Source: Squalus acanthias
Lineage: Eukaryota
DNA length: 64,000 nt
Assembly: GCA_030390025.1 (NCBI GenBank)
Contig: CM059432.1
Coordinates: 60,080,001 to 60,144,000 of the forward strand
Reading direction: 5' to 3'
This document shows positions 49,215 through 62,869 of this stretch, piece after piece; position 1 is the first letter of the stretch; each line of letters opens with the position of its first letter. The translations under genes were made by a program, and so were the position numbers. The notes beneath the pieces were generated by a model. The model was not told the DNA's origin and ran no database searches. It saw only the letters and a program-made list of their open reading frames with translations.

Positions 49215-51128
49215 TTCTTGTTATATAGACGTCGCTAGCAAAGCCAGCATTTATTGCCCATTTCTAGTTGCCCTTGAAAAGGTGGTGGTGACCGCCTTCT
49301 TGAACCGCTGTTGTCCATGTCGTGAAACTAGACCCATAGTGCTGTTAGGTAGGGAGTTCCATGATATTGACCCAGCGACGATGACGGAACGGCGATATAT
49401 ATCTAAGTTAGGATAGTGTGTGACTTGGAGGTGACGTTATTAACATGCACCTGCTGCCCTTGTCCTTCGAGGTTGCAGGTTTGGGAGGTGCTGTCGAAGA
49501 AGCCTTGGTGAGTTGATGCAGTGCATCCTGTAGATAGTACACACTGCAGTCACGGTGCGCCGGTGGTGGAGAGAGTGAATGTTTAAGGTGGTGGATAAGC
49601 TGCCGATCAAGCGGACTGCTTTGTCCTGGATGGCATTGAGCTTCTTGAGTGTTGTTGCAGTTGCACCCATCCCAGCAAGTGAAAAGTATTCCACCACACT
49701 CCTAGCTTGTGCCTTGTAGGTGGTGGAAAGGCTTCGGGGAATCAGGAGGTTAGCTACTCACCACAGAATACCCAGCCTCTGACCTGCTCTAGTAGCCACG
49801 GCATTTATATGGCTGGTCCAGTTGAGTTTCTGGTCAATAGTGACCCCCAGAATGTTGATGGTGGGGGATTTGGCTATGGTAATGCCAAGGGGAGGTGGTT
49901 AGACTCTCTCTTGTTGGAGATGGTCATTACCTGCCACTTGTGTGGAGCGAATGTTACATGACACTTATCAGCTCAAGCCTGGATGTTGTCCAGGTCTTGC
50001 TGAATGCAAGCATGGGCTGCTTCATTATCTGAAGAATTCAGAATGCAACTGAACACTCTGCAATCATCAGCGAACAGCCACACTTTTGACCTTATGATGG
50101 AGGGAAGATCATTGATGAAGTAGCTGAAATTAGTTGGGTCTAGAACGCCACCCTGAGGTACTTCTTCAGTGACGTCCTGGGGCTGAGATGATTGGCCTCC
50201 AACAACCACAACCATCTTCCTTTGTGCTAGCTATGACTCCAACTACTGAAGAGTTTTCCCCTGATCTCCAATGACTTCAGTTTTACGAGGGCTCCTTGAT
50301 GCCACACTTGGTCAAATGCTGCCTTTATGTCAAGGGCATTCACTCTCACCTCACCTCTGGAATTCAGCTCTTTTGTCCATGTTTGTACCAAGGCTGTAAT
50401 GAGGTCTGCAGCCGAGTGGTCCTGGTGGAACCCAAACTGAGCATCAGTAAGCAGGTTATTGGTGAGTAAGTGCTGCTTGATAGCACTGTTCATAGAATCA
50501 TAGAAAGTTACAGCACAGAAGGAGGCCATTTTGGCCCATCGTGTCCGTGCCAGCAAACAAAGAGCTATCCAGCCTAATCCCACTTCCCAGCTCTTGGTCC
50601 GTAGCCCTGCAGGTTACAGCATCCCAAGTGCACATCCAAGTACTTTTTAAATGTGGTTAGGGTTTCTGCCTCCACCACCCTTTCAGGCAGTGAGTTCCAG
50701 ACCCCCACAACCCTCTGGATGAAGAAATTTCCCCTCAAATCCCCTCTAAACCTTCCACCAATTACTTTAAATCTGTGCCCCCTGGTTTTTGACACCTCTG
50801 CTAAGGGAAATAGATCCTTTCTATCCACTTTATCCACTGTTGACGACTCCTTCTATTAATTTGCTGATGATTGAGAGTAGACTGATGGACCGGTAATTGG
50901 CTGGGTTGATTTGTCCTGCTTTTTATGGACAGGACGTAGCTGGGCAATTTTCCACATTGTCGGGTAGATGCCAGTGTTGTAGCTGTACTGGAACAGCTTG
51001 GCTAGAGGCGCGGCTGGTTCTGGAGCACAGGTCTTCAGCACGACAGCCGGGATGTTGTCAGGACCTGTAGCCTTTGCTATCAACCAGGCGCTCAGCCATT
51101 TCTTGATATCATCTGGAGTGAATCAGAT
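49215..51128 (-). mobile_element. Non-LTR retrotransposon RT fragment of a third family (CR1/jockey group), decayed
   Basis: KATGPDNIP, WKIAQ..PVHKK, QFGF, ALDIKAAFDQVWH, VPQG.VL.P, LFADDC; 3' UTR with AATAAA differs from the other CR1 and L2 copies. Confidence 0.85.
50491..50834 (-). mobile_element. CR1 3' fragment nested in the third-family LINE
   Basis: DRKDLFPL...TRGH.FK...WNSLP, same family as 18542-19838; CACTGTT duplicated at 50484-50490 and 50835-50841. Confidence 0.9.
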
Positions 51129-51217
51129 AGGTAAGAGTGGAATATATGGGAGGCAGGAAGCAGTGTCCTCTCCTGCACTGCTAAAGTGTGTCTGTCTCCC
51201 AGTGGCTTCACCATGGA

Positions 51218-52911
51218 ACAGAATGCCTCATCCTTCTCGATATGTCTGCAGCCTTTGACAGAGTTAGCCAAGCCATCCTCCTCCAACACATCTCCTCCAT
51301 TGTCCAGCTGATAGGGACTGCCTTTGCCTGGTTCCATTCTTACCTATCCAGTCATAGCCAGAGAATCTTCTGCAATGGCTTCTCTTCCTGCTCTCACACT
51401 GTTACCTCTGGAGACCCCAGGGAACGAACCTTGGTCCCCTCCTATTTCTCATCTACATGCTGCCCCTTGGTGACATCATCCGAAAACACATCAGGTTCCA
51501 CGTGTATGCTGATGACATCCAGCTCTACCTCAGCACCACCTTTCTTGACCCCTCCACTGTTGTCAGGCTGCCTCTCAGACAATCAATTCTGGATGAGATA
51601 AAATTTCCTACAATGAAAAATTTGGAAGACTGAAGTCATTGTCTGGGATGAGAGGGCTGTCCTATGATGAGAGATTGTGTAGAATGGGCCTATACTCTCT
51701 GGAGTTTAGAAGAATGAGAGGTGATCGCATTGAAACATACAAGATTCCGAAGGGGATTGACAGGGTAGATGCTGAGAGGTTCTTTCCCCTGGTTGGAGTG
51801 TCTAGAACTAGGGAGCATATTCTCAGGATAAGGGGTAAGCCATTTAAGACCGAGATGAGGAGGAATTTCTTCACTCAGAGGGTTGTAAATCTTTGGAATT
51901 CTCTGCCCCAGAGGGCTGTGAATGCTGAGTCTTTGAGTATATTCAAGGCTGAGATAGGTAGATTTTGGACTCTAGGAGAATCAAGGGATATGGAGATCGG
52001 GCAGGAAAGTGGAGTTGAGGTCGATGATCAGCCATGATTTTATTGAATGGCGCAGCAGGTTTGAGGGGCCGTTCGGCCGACTCCTGCTCCTATTTCTTAT
52101 GTTCTTATGTCTTCAGCCCCACCACAAACTCTGATTCCCTAGCCATTGATTCCACCCGCCTCCTTGGCGTCTGTCTGAATTATTTGCAATCTCTCTGTCC
52201 TGTTTGACCCTGAGCTGAGATTACGACCCCATATCCTCTCCAGCACAAAGATCATCTATTTCCATCTCCATAATATTGCCCATCTCCACCGTGCCTTAGC
52301 CCACCTGCTGCTAAAACCCTCATCGGTGCTTTTATTACTTCCAGACCTGACAATTCCAATGCTCTTCTGGCCAGCTTATCATCTCTAGCCTCCATAAACT
52401 TAAGCTCATCTAAAACTCTGCTGCCATATCGAAACTCACACGAAGTCCTATTCACTCATCTCCCCTGTCCTCGCTGACCAAATTGACTCCCGGTCCACCA
52501 ATGCCTCGATTTAAAAACGCTCAGCCTTATGTTCAAACCCCTACATGGCCTTGACTTTCCCTAAGTCTGTAACCTCCTCCAGTCCTATAATTCTCCATGA
52601 ACTCTGCGTTCCTCCAACTGTGGCCTCTTGTGCATCCCCCACTTCCTTTGCCCCACCATTGGCGGCTGTGCCTCTAGCCGTCTAGGCCCTAAGCTCTGGA
52701 ATTCCCTCCCTAAACCTGTCTGCCTCTCCACCTCCTTCTCCTCCTTTAAGATGCTCGTTAAAACCTATCTCTTTGACCAAGCTTTTGGTCACCTGTCCTA
52801 ATGTCTCCTTCTTTGGCTCGGTATCAATTTCTGTCTGATTACATTCCTGTGAAGCGCTTTGGGATGATTTACTATGTTAAAGGTGCTATATAAACACAAG
52901 TTGTTGTTGTT
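51218..52911 (+). mobile_element. 5'-truncated L2 LINE with a nested CR1
   Basis: LLDMSAAFD, YADD, L2 3' UTR and (TTG)n tail at about 52900. Confidence 0.88.
51645..52107 (+). mobile_element. CR1 3' fragment nested in the L2
   Basis: LYSLEFRRMRGD.IETYKI, close to 42350-42777; TGTCT duplicated at the flanks. Confidence 0.9.
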
Positions 52912-53932
52912 ATGTCCATGGGGAAATACATTCTTTCAGCTGAAAAGAATTGCCTGGATGCAGACTAATCTGGAGAGAGCTGTGTTTTTATATGCAGCAT
53001 GTATTATAGATAATGCCACTTTACATGACCTGTAGCTTTGCGTTCTATAAGAGAAGAAGGGAGCAGTGCGTAAAACTTTCAAGAGCTAAAACTGCACATA
53101 ATGGGGTAGAAGTCGGCACTGAATGGGTTAATGTTTCCTTTAAAGTGGCGGGGGAGAGGAATCTGCTATGAGTCTTTTAAGCATTTGTACAATAATGTCA
53201 TTAATGGTAATTTTTGCCCATCTATAGCAGAACACATTTTTGTGATGGTTGGAATAACACTACATAAAAGGGCTGGCTAGCAAAATTATGAGTCATTCCA
53301 TCTTCAGATGTGTAAACAGATCCTGTGCTAATTAGTTACCATCAATTATTAAATCAAAATCTATGGTCCAGGATTAGAAAATCTATTTCAGCATTAACAA
53401 TGGCATACCAATTATGCAAAGCTGAAGTATTTGTATATGTAAATTAGCTTAACCACAAAAGACTTTCCCCAACACATAAAAACCTTAGGAGTTATCTTTA
53501 TGAAAATGGCAGTATACCTGCTGTGCTAAAAGGGAGAGCTCATTAATAAATTATGTTAATTAGACATAATTTATATATGCAAGTTAGGTTAATTAAATAA
53601 ATGCTTTTCGCTTCATCTCAAAAATCACACCATATCTTCATGAAATTTGGAGGCTACTTTCATTGTATTGTTAGGGATAACACATTAATTATATCAATTG
53701 TAGCTAATTTACATATGTAGATTAGGGCTATTAGAACAGTTTCCCTAATAATGTTTCCAATAATTCAAATAGTACAATTGCTAGGTTGTGTAATAGCACA
53801 AAACTTTTATTCATATCAGCACATAATCCATTGAAAACTAACACAACCATGTTTTTGCAGTAAGTAGGTGCCCTACTAATTATCTTCATAATTTGCTAGC
53901 TTAAATATTCTGTAATAGTCCCAAAAAAAATT

Positions 53933-54586
53933 GGGCCGTATATTCCGATGCCTACGGGTGTGTACGGGTTGTGTACACACCCGTAGGGACATCTGAAATG
54001 CCGGTTTCAGGCATGCGCTGAAAACCGGCATTCCAATCTGTCAAGAATGCTCTTTACAGATCGGATGCCTGCTCTGGAGAAGGGCCTCTGTGGGCGGATA
54101 GTTCCGCTTTCTGGAGAACCTCCGCCTGCAGAAAACCCTTAGAAATCTTACGCCTGGTAAAAGCCTGCTTTTACCAGCATAAGAGTTGAAAAAAGTAAAA
54201 AAAAAATGTTCACTCATTTATCATTTAAAAATACTTTTAAAAAAGGTAAGTTTATTTTTAGCCCCGTAAAAAGCTTTAGCTATTTTTTTCAAAAAATTAA
54301 ATTTTTGTTTAAAATATTTAATTTATTGTAATTTGAACTCATTTTAAAAACGTGATGTTTTTTAAAAATGTATTTAATGTTTTACAGTGTTTTTGCGGTG
54401 ATCGCTGCTCATATATTTGACAGGTCTATCTGTCAAGTGTATGAAGGGAGATTCCCTTCTCCTATTGGCTCCCCATAGCCCACGTGATCCTAGGGACGCA
54501 CCTCGGGAGCCCTCAGGTAAGTCTGTAGATTTTTTCCAGATCGGAGGCCTCCGCACGCAGGAAGCATCCGATCAGAAAATATAGCT
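53933..54586. mobile_element. Probable MITE
   Basis: CpG-rich arms around an AT-rich core; imperfect inverted ends GGGCCGTATATT / AATATAGCT. Confidence 0.45.
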
Positions 54587-54812
54587 AATTAAATTTATTT
54601 TACTAAAATTTAGTGGAATACAAACCTGTAGCATCTTTGTCATTTGTCTTTAAATGTGACTATGTACAGATTATAATTCAAAATACAGATCAACTAAACA
54701 GTTAAAGACAAAGTAATCATGTCGTGGACAGAAGAGTTAATTGAAAACCAAACTGCTGAGGGATTTGGGCCGTAAATTAAAACATTTAGGCACAATTTTT
54801 TTTCGCTTTCAG

Positions 54813-55142
54813 ACACAGCATTATCCTTACTGCAATAACTACAGCAAAGTTGCCAAGGCTTCAGCAAATCTGCATGTTAGGGAAGAGATGTTTTGCTTTG
54901 GTAATATAGTTAATGAGTCTAAAAATATTCAGTATCATAATTCTGTCAAAGCCCCCACAGTCTTTTCAATGAGCAAACTCCTGCAGGATTCCAATGGGGA
55001 GCCAAGTAATGAGCTTTCAGAATTCGCTCCCACATCGTCCAAGCGAAATATACTTGGGCCTCCATGGTTCCACATCATTAGTAACATGAAACAAAGACAC
55101 ATGCTTGACTTTAACAAGCAACTGAAGCTACTGACTTATTAG
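54813..55142 (+). CDS. Candidate terminal coding exon of an unidentified host gene
   Basis: Strong acceptor TTTTTTTTCGCTTTCAG| followed by 109 open codons to TAG in apparently non-repetitive AT-rich DNA. No recognisable domain. Confidence 0.3.
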   Translation, partial: TQHYPYCNNYSKVAKASANLHVREEMFCFGNIVNESKNIQYHNSVKAPTVFSMSKLLQDSNGEPSNELSEFAPTSSKRNILGPPWFHIISNMKQRHMLDFNKQLKLLTY

Positions 55143-55287
55143 CCTGTTACTGCACATAAACTTAATTTGTATGTAACAAAAAAAATGAGTTCTACCAAAA
55201 AGTGATAAAAATCTATATATCAATTAATGAAATAGGTGACTAGGATTCAAGCAGAAAGCAGGACCCTGTGGAAGTATTTTAATAATG

Positions 55288-56990
55288 AGGGCTGGATTTT
55301 GCGGGGGTCTGCGGGTGCGATCAGTGGCAGGTCGGGTGGGAAAGTGTTTTTTTCCCCCAGCGGGTGGGGACCCCGCTGTGAACTCACCACCACGTGCCTT
55401 TACCAAATGTCGGGTCTGTCAACGCTAAGCAGACCCAACATGCAGCGGATGGGAGGCAATTAAAATCATTAGTGGCTGTTTACAGCCACTTAACAAAGGT
55501 TTTTTCCCAGCTTTTTGAATTTGACAGGTCCCCCACTGGTTTCCCACTGTTCTTAGACTTCGTCTGTGAAGCTGAGGTGAGAGGTCAGTGGCCATTGAAT
55601 CAGCTGATGAGTTGACAGCTTCAAATGTCAAGTCAAAGCTCCCAGCTGATTGAGAAATGTTCCCTTAATCACTAGCTTCTCTAAACTGCATTTCCACTAC
55701 AGATTCAGAATGCTGCAAGTCTTTACACAAGTCTCCATCCAGTCTGACCTTATTACCTCTCCCACCATTGACAGATTGCTTCTGTCATCTCTATTTCACC
55801 TGCCATCTATTCCATCAGCATGGGTGCCCTTGAAACTCTCTCACCTTTGCACTCAGAGTCTCACCACGATCAGCCCCAACACCAGCAGCACCAGGCACAC
55901 CAGCAGCACCAACAACAACAACACCAACCTTCTCCGCAATCAACTGATGTTGCACTGGATACAGGGCATCAGCACCCGAGCACATTGCTGCCCGGGAGGC
56001 CAGGGATGGCCTCACCATGGCCAGATTTACCTCACTTGATGCTGTACACCCTGGCTGCCACATGATACAATGCCCAAGCCATTCCTTTCACACACCTCAC
56101 CATTGTGGGGGGTGGTGGGGGGAGGGTACCGTTATGTCTCACCATTCACTGTAACTCACTAAGCCACTTCCAAAAGTGCACACAAATCTGTCCAAGAATG
56201 CAAAGTGTTGAAAATAAAGGTTTCAATGTTTGACACCACATTAACAGAAACTTTACATGAACATTGCATAAAACACCCAAGTGTGTTGTGTGTTGTTAGT
56301 TGGTATGATTGCACTAGGATGAGGGTGAGTGTGAGGGGTGGCTGGTGAGATGGGGATGTAATAATGTAAATAGAGAGGGATGGGTGGAGGTGCAAGATAA
56401 GTTGGTGTGAGTAAGGATGTGCAGGAGTAGGGTAGGGAAGGCAGAGTGATGGGGATGTGATGAGAGGCACAGCAGGATGAGGTTGAGTGTGTCTTTGTAC
56501 TAACGTTTCGTGATCTATTGAGATCATTGAAACGTTTGCAGCACTGCACCCAGGTCCTCCTGACCACATTCCTGCTTGTGTCCTCCTCTGCAATGTGCAA
56601 CCTGGCTGTGTTGATCTCCTAGGGAGGTATCTTCCACCCAGGGGAAGTGAAGAGGACCTCCCTGTGTGCTGTATGGAGGGAGTCATGGGAGAGCCTGGGT
56701 GCAGACCTGCACCTCTGTGCAGTGCTTGTCAGTGTTTGCAGCAATCAATGCTGTAGAACACGGACAGCACAAACGTCAAAAGAAGGTTGGCCATGGTACC
56801 TTTAAGGAAACCGGCCGATGAAGGGTCATCAAATGACGTCACCAGACCTGCTTCCTCTAATTGGCCAGCAAACGTGCTGGGCGGGCTTAACAAGCCCAAT
56901 CATGGTTAATTCATTTCAGAGACTGGGATGGAGACAGGAGCGGGATCGGGACCCGCCACAGACCTGCTGAGGTTCGTAAAATCCAGCCCT
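55288..56990 (+). mobile_element. Harbinger deletion derivative F (related to family B)
   Basis: TIRs AGGGCTGGATTTT / AAAATCCAGCCCT; Q/H-rich transposase N-terminus remnant at 55820 (+); Myb exon 1 remnant RRTWVQCCKRFNDL at about 56500-56700 (-). Confidence 0.88.
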
Positions 56991-57905
56991 TTGTCTCACA
57001 GGACCTGTAACTAATGGTTTGGGAGCACAGCTAAGGTGGACTACCACAGCAAGAGAATAGGCACATACAGGCTAGAGTCCTATTAATGCAAACAATTATG
57101 AAATTACATACAATCTAACCATCCATCTCCTTTATGCAAGTCCACTCATGTAATTACATTCAGACAAGATTATATACAGGAAACAACATTTAAATATCTT
57201 TAATGGCTGAATAGGATTAGGCTCTCACTTCCTGCTGAGGAGCCACATACAACAAGACTTCTGATGCCTTCCAATGCCACCCATAAGTCAGTTACAACAT
57301 CATACTGCAGCCACATGACTTAAAAAGCCTGTATGCACCAATATCTGAGAAGTATATTTAAATTTTTACTATCTTCTTTCCTTCTCAACAGAGGCTTTTT
57401 TATATTTGTGGGGTTGGTTTGCTGGTTAACTGAGTTAAGGACATCATCAGTACAGTGTTGCACAATCTGGCTTCTTCTTCAGCAGGAAGAGAGAGAGAAT
57501 ACTCCTATTCAGCTATTATGTTCATGGAGATGGATATGCTTAGGTAAACAAAGAGTCTGCTAAAGACTATGAAAATATGCACTGAGTTGTGATACTCTGG
57601 AAATTGAACGGAAATCTGCAAAACGAGAAAAGGAATGATTTCATTTTAAAAGGAAGCGATCTATATATTTATATTTTGTTTTACAGATTTCAATATTTTT
57701 ACTGGTACCTAGACTTCAAAGCTGCTAACATTATGGACTTTAAACTGCACGTTATCTATAAAATCTGGAGGATGGGATCTTCTAGCCTTTTGGTATTCAT
57801 GCTCACTTCACAAGATCCCATTAATTATGGCTGAGGAAGGCCATTCGGCCCATATTAATTCATCTATCCAGAAGCATTCTAAAATTCCCCCACTGTAGCA
57901 TCTAA

Positions 57906-58605
57906 GGCCCTGATTTTAAAGGGGCGTGGGTACGGTGTCGTGAGCCCCAAATCGGGCGGCGAACCTGCGGAGTCCAGGAATGTAGAGGCCCAACCGATCT
58001 TAACGGTCGGGCCTCATTTGCGTGGATTCTCCTGTGCCGAACATGGCCAGATCCACTACTTGGCCGGCGAGAGGAAGAGGGAATTTGGGGGCAGGAGGCC
58101 ACAGCCAGGGACCCGTGGAAACAGTCCCCTGAAGTCAGTTGGGGGTGTGCTCTGGAGGTGATCGGGGAGAAGGGATCTAGTTGCGATCGGGGGGTGGGGG
58201 GAGGGGGCACTGGTTGTAATCAGGGAGGGGGGAAAGCTCGGGGCAAGGGAGGCACAAGGCTACCTTGTGATGCCTGGAGGAGCACTCCTGCTCCTCCTGG
58301 CCCACAAGGAAACCTAAAATAAAGTTATAACTTACCTGCCTGGGCCTCCATCTCCCGACAGGTTAGGGCTGACGGAGAAGCTATCATTGCTCCCCCGCTC
58401 AGGCCTCGGACTAATATTGCAGTCGGGTCCCAATATTTAAGGAAGGATCCCGCTTCCTTCCTGTGGGTGTCCCGCTCGCCTGCTGAAAAGAGCAAGCTAA
58501 GATCAGGACACGTTGGGAACGCTGTGAGGTCAGAGGCGATAAGTGATTGACCTCATTTTAACTGCCCTCACCCGCCCGGTTTCCACCAGAGTTAAAAACG
58601 TGGCC
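57906..58605. mobile_element. Harbinger-type MITE inserted in an old CR1 3' fragment
   Basis: Ends GGCCCTGATTTTAA / TTAAAAACGTGGCC; canonical TAA duplication at 57903-57905 and 58606-58608. Flanks 57830-57900 and 58609-58760 resemble a minus-strand CR1 tail. Confidence 0.82.
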
Positions 58606-58859
58606 TAATTGTTTGTTAATTGATCCAAAATTTTTGCCACCAATAGTCTATCTGGAAGTCTGCTCCACACGTTAAACACTCTTTGTGTGAAGAAGAATTT
58701 CCTGATATCAGTCTTAAAATCACCTTTAAGTTGAAGGACCCTATTTCTCAACCTGTCAATTTTCACTCCCTCCCTTCAAATGATGTGGTTAAGATGAGGA
58801 ACATGCTCAACAGGGAGAAGCTGAGTGCAAATTTCAGTCACAACTGTAATTTGAACTTG

Positions 58860-58971
58860 GATTTCCTACATTACAACAATGACTACACTTCAAAAGTATT
58901 TAATTGGCTGTAAAGCGCTTTGGGATGTCCTGAGGTCATGAAAGGTGCTATATAAATGCAAGTCTTTCTTT
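58860..58971 (+). mobile_element. Deu SINE 3' tail fragment
   Basis: TTTCCTACATTACAAC...AAAGCGCTTTGGGA...GCTATATAAATGCAAGTCTTTCTTT. Confidence 0.8.
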
Positions 58972-59664
58972 GGGTACCAAGCAACCCTGGTGAGAAATGC
59001 TATTAACTGACAAATAAGAAAAAAAGAAAAATTGGAAAGAAAAATTAAAAAAATATGATGACACTTTATAATAATAGCCTGAAATTACTGTCCGTATAAA
59101 GGAGGAGAGACACAAAGTAGGAAGTGTAGTATAGCACTTGCATATTGCATGTTTCCTGACATGAATAATATTGCTTGAGGGTGAAAACCAAGCACAGTAC
59201 CTAATGCATTCAAGACCAGCAAGAGCAAAAGGAGCTGCCTGTGACAACAGGTGGCATGAATGGTGTACCGTCAAGTCCAGGCCCTCTGCTAAATAGAAGA
59301 TTATCTCTGTGTGGATGTGGTATGTTACTAATAGCATAGATTGGTGTTAGAGCCGTTGCTCTTCACTATCTTTAGCAATGATCTGGATGAAGATATCGGG
59401 GGAACTGTTCCCAAGTTCATGGATGATACAAAGAAATTGGAGGGAGAGGAGGTCTCTGCGAGGCTCTTTTCCTCTATTTACAACGTTTGAGGTGATTTAC
59501 CTGGCAGTCCTGGCAGCGGGAACAGGGGTGGATGTGGGGGAAATGGGCCACCACCCCAACCAGCATTTGAATCCAGTGGGTGGGAAGGAGCAGCTAGCAG
59601 CCGTCTCAGCAGATACAGGGGGAGAGAAATTGAGGTTGGGCCACTGAGACAAATGAAGCAGCCA

Positions 59665-59925
59665 ATAAGTGTATCAGTAATCTGGGGTTTTTTGGTGTTG
59701 ATTGAGGGATAAATGTTGGTCAGAACACCGGGAGAACTTGAATAATGCCAAGAGATATTTTATTACTTTAATGTTTCATTCAATAGCTCGTCACTCTGAC
59801 AATGCAACACTCCCCACACTGTAATGTCAACCTAGTTATGTGCTCAAATCCTGCAATGGGGCTTGAACCATTAACCTTCATGCTCAGAGGTGAGACTGCC
59901 ACCACTGAGCCAAGCTGACACTGTG
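59665..59925 (-). mobile_element. Deu SINE 5' part
   Basis: Reverse complement of the tRNA-like head and core of 43159-43440. Confidence 0.78.
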
Positions 59926-59982
59926 AATATTTGTCTGAGGTGTGGAATAGTTAAAATGAATACCGCTCAGTAAAGAATGTGT

Positions 59983-60530
59983 GGCCTAAATTCATTAGCG
60001 CCCCAAACTGGGTGTGATTCTGGCAACACAAAGTGACGGCGCACCAGAACAAAGAGGTTCGAGAACCGAACTAAATTTGTCCTCGGGCCTCATCATCATA
60101 ATTCAGGTGAGCTATGGACGCCAATTAGGCACCCCAATGCAGCTAGCACCTCAGGGTGTAACTCATTTCAGCCAGTTCCGAGGTCTACAGGTAAGGTCAG
60201 CGTGGGGAGGTGATTGGGAGGTGGGCGAGGGTGGGCCCACAGTGGTCAACAGTTGTTTTGTGAAGCCAGGAGAACCACTCCTGCTTCTTCCAACTCCGCA
60301 AGAAACAAAATTTGGAGAAGTTTTGGGGTTTTTTGGAGCAGGCTCCAGTGCTCCCTTTAAGGACCACTGGTTAGAATGCTCAAGACCTGGAAATACTAGG
60401 CAGGGCTTGCACATTGCCAGCTCCGACTAGTCTAAACGAAGTTAGAAGTCGGGGTCTAAAATGGGCACAGGGCCCTAATTTCTGGCTGCCACCAGGGCCG
60501 CCTAAAAAAAGGCCTGGATCAATTTAGCTG
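59983..60530. mobile_element. Probable Harbinger-type MITE
   Basis: GGCCTAAATTCATTAGCGCCCC start resembles the C/MITE termini; AATTTAGC near 60521; GC-rich. Confidence 0.5.
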
Positions 60531-62869
60531 TGGTTTAAATGCCTGTGCAGATTGGGTGCTGGCCTCTGCCCTGCTAAATTGGTTACTGTTATGCCTAATT
60601 TACATTCATGAAACGTGCAAACCAATGTTGAATTTAAGCCCCTATATTTCTCTACCTATTTGGCAGCAATGGAAGCATATGCTTCATTTGTTATTAATAA
60701 TACAGTAGTTAGATTTTTTTCTTCAAGTTGTGATATGCAGACAAAGCAATGCAGTTTTTTTTGCTTGATAGCCAATGCAGAATATGATCTGGTATTTTGT
60801 ATGCTGTAGTGTTTGATATTTGTTATAAACATCCTACATAGATAGAGAGTAACATACTAATCTATACAAATATATTAATCTTATTTTTGAAGTTATATGT
60901 AAAAAGTAAACTAGAGAGTTCAACTGAGGTCTGCATACCTTTTATGTATTTACTTTGCTCTTGTAATAGATTATAGATTATAATAGTACATTCATGTGGT
61001 AAGTTTCCCTCCACAGACATGCCACCCACAGGCTAGAAACATGTATCATGAGTCATGATGCAATCAGGAATTCTGTTTTCACTGTATATCTTACTGGGAA
61101 GGTAGTGGCTTCATAAAGTGGCTAGCAGATATTGCTACTCTGTCAAAATTTGTCAGGAAGAAAACTGAACTTTTGGACCTGCTGAAGGTACAAAGGTCAG
61201 CAAGTTGAAAAATTCTTTCATTGTGCTGTAAAGATTTAGAAAATGCACAAACAGCAATAAATGAGATGGACGCTGTGTTGTAATAATTCTGATACACTTG
61301 ACTAATGCAGTTATTTGCAATGAGGTTGGCAAAATGCCCAAAGCAGTGAGCAAGCAAACAGAGCGAGACAGCTGGCTTAGCACCTTCGATTACTACTGCC
61401 ACATCCACCAGCTCTTCTGTCAGTGCGGTGTTCACCGATGTGTATTTTAGTACAAACATTTACTCTGAGAAATTCATCCAAAGTACATTTTGTCAAATTT
61501 CTCATATACCTTTCAAGCAAATGTAGCTAGTGACAAAAGCTGATTATTCAAATTAGCATGCAACACAAGGCAGCTTATGTATTTTAAAGTAATATGATTG
61601 CTTTTTGCTTATAATAAAGAAAGGCACATTTGATTTTGAAAGTGACAAAAAGCAATATTAGCAAAGCAAAACAATTTAATGTAATAAATGTAAATGTAAT
61701 AGGATCAGATTTTTTTGGTTTTGATTTTTATGTTTCCCTGGTTCAGTACTTTCAGACATTTGCTATCAATGTAGTGACTGAGGCCAGAGGTACATTTTCT
61801 TGGTCCTGCAGTATTCTATTCTCAATACTTAGAAAATAAAATATAAGATTCACCACTTAAACATTTGCTATTTAATATATCTGACATATTATTCCGCTAA
61901 AAAGATACAAAACCCATTAGAACTGCAAGTGGCAATATAATGTGAGAAGTATAACATTCCAATCCATCGGTCTGCTGACATTAACTGATCTTTATCTCTC
62001 TCATTAAAATACTGTCTAAGCAAAACAATTAAATCCCAAAAATGTTATGTTGAGTTGCTATGAATTTTTAAAATATTATTATTACTGCATCTGAAGAACA
62101 TCCTGCTGTCAGAGTCAGCTCATTAAGAAAACAGAATCTGGACCCAATATACATTACTGGCAGTGAGAATGGGATACTTTACAAAGAAAACAGATCCAGA
62201 TACTGTCTGTGCTATTGTTTTTTGTTTGCTGGAATAACACCAGCAGACAGCAACAGAAAGAGAAAAAGAGAAGGGAGGAAGGGAGATACAGTTAGAAAGA
62301 AAAGAGAAATTAAGTCCAAGAGCTTCAAAGCACTTGGATCCATTAGTTGGATGTATGATGAGTTTTGTTAGCTTTCAACCGTGCCAGTATTTGGGATAAC
62401 ATAGAGGATGTACAAACTGATATAATGCACCTTATCTGGTGCATTTAAAAATTCTGATAATATATACAAAGATTTGTAAAATCTAAAATAAGGTTGACAT
62501 TATTTTACATTACTAATGGTGGATTGTAGTACTAAAAGCTTTATTTCAACTTTGAAAGCAATCTGTTTTTTCCAACTGTTATATTTGACCATTAAGCTTA
62601 ACCCTTGTGGACCCCTTTACTACTTACAAAAAATAACATTTCCATTTACATGACCACGTCAGGGTTTAATATAGGAAGCTGCAACTATTGTCCCAGGAAA
62701 CATTTTAAATTTGGGGCAATTATCTGTTTTGTTTGTTTGCTCCACTGGGAAGGTTGACCAGATTGACCACAGAGCAATCTTCAACTATACTAGGCATAAC
62801 ACATATTCAGTGCATATAAGAATTGGTTCTTGTGTATCCCTGCCATGAAAATGGATCCCTCAGGAACTG

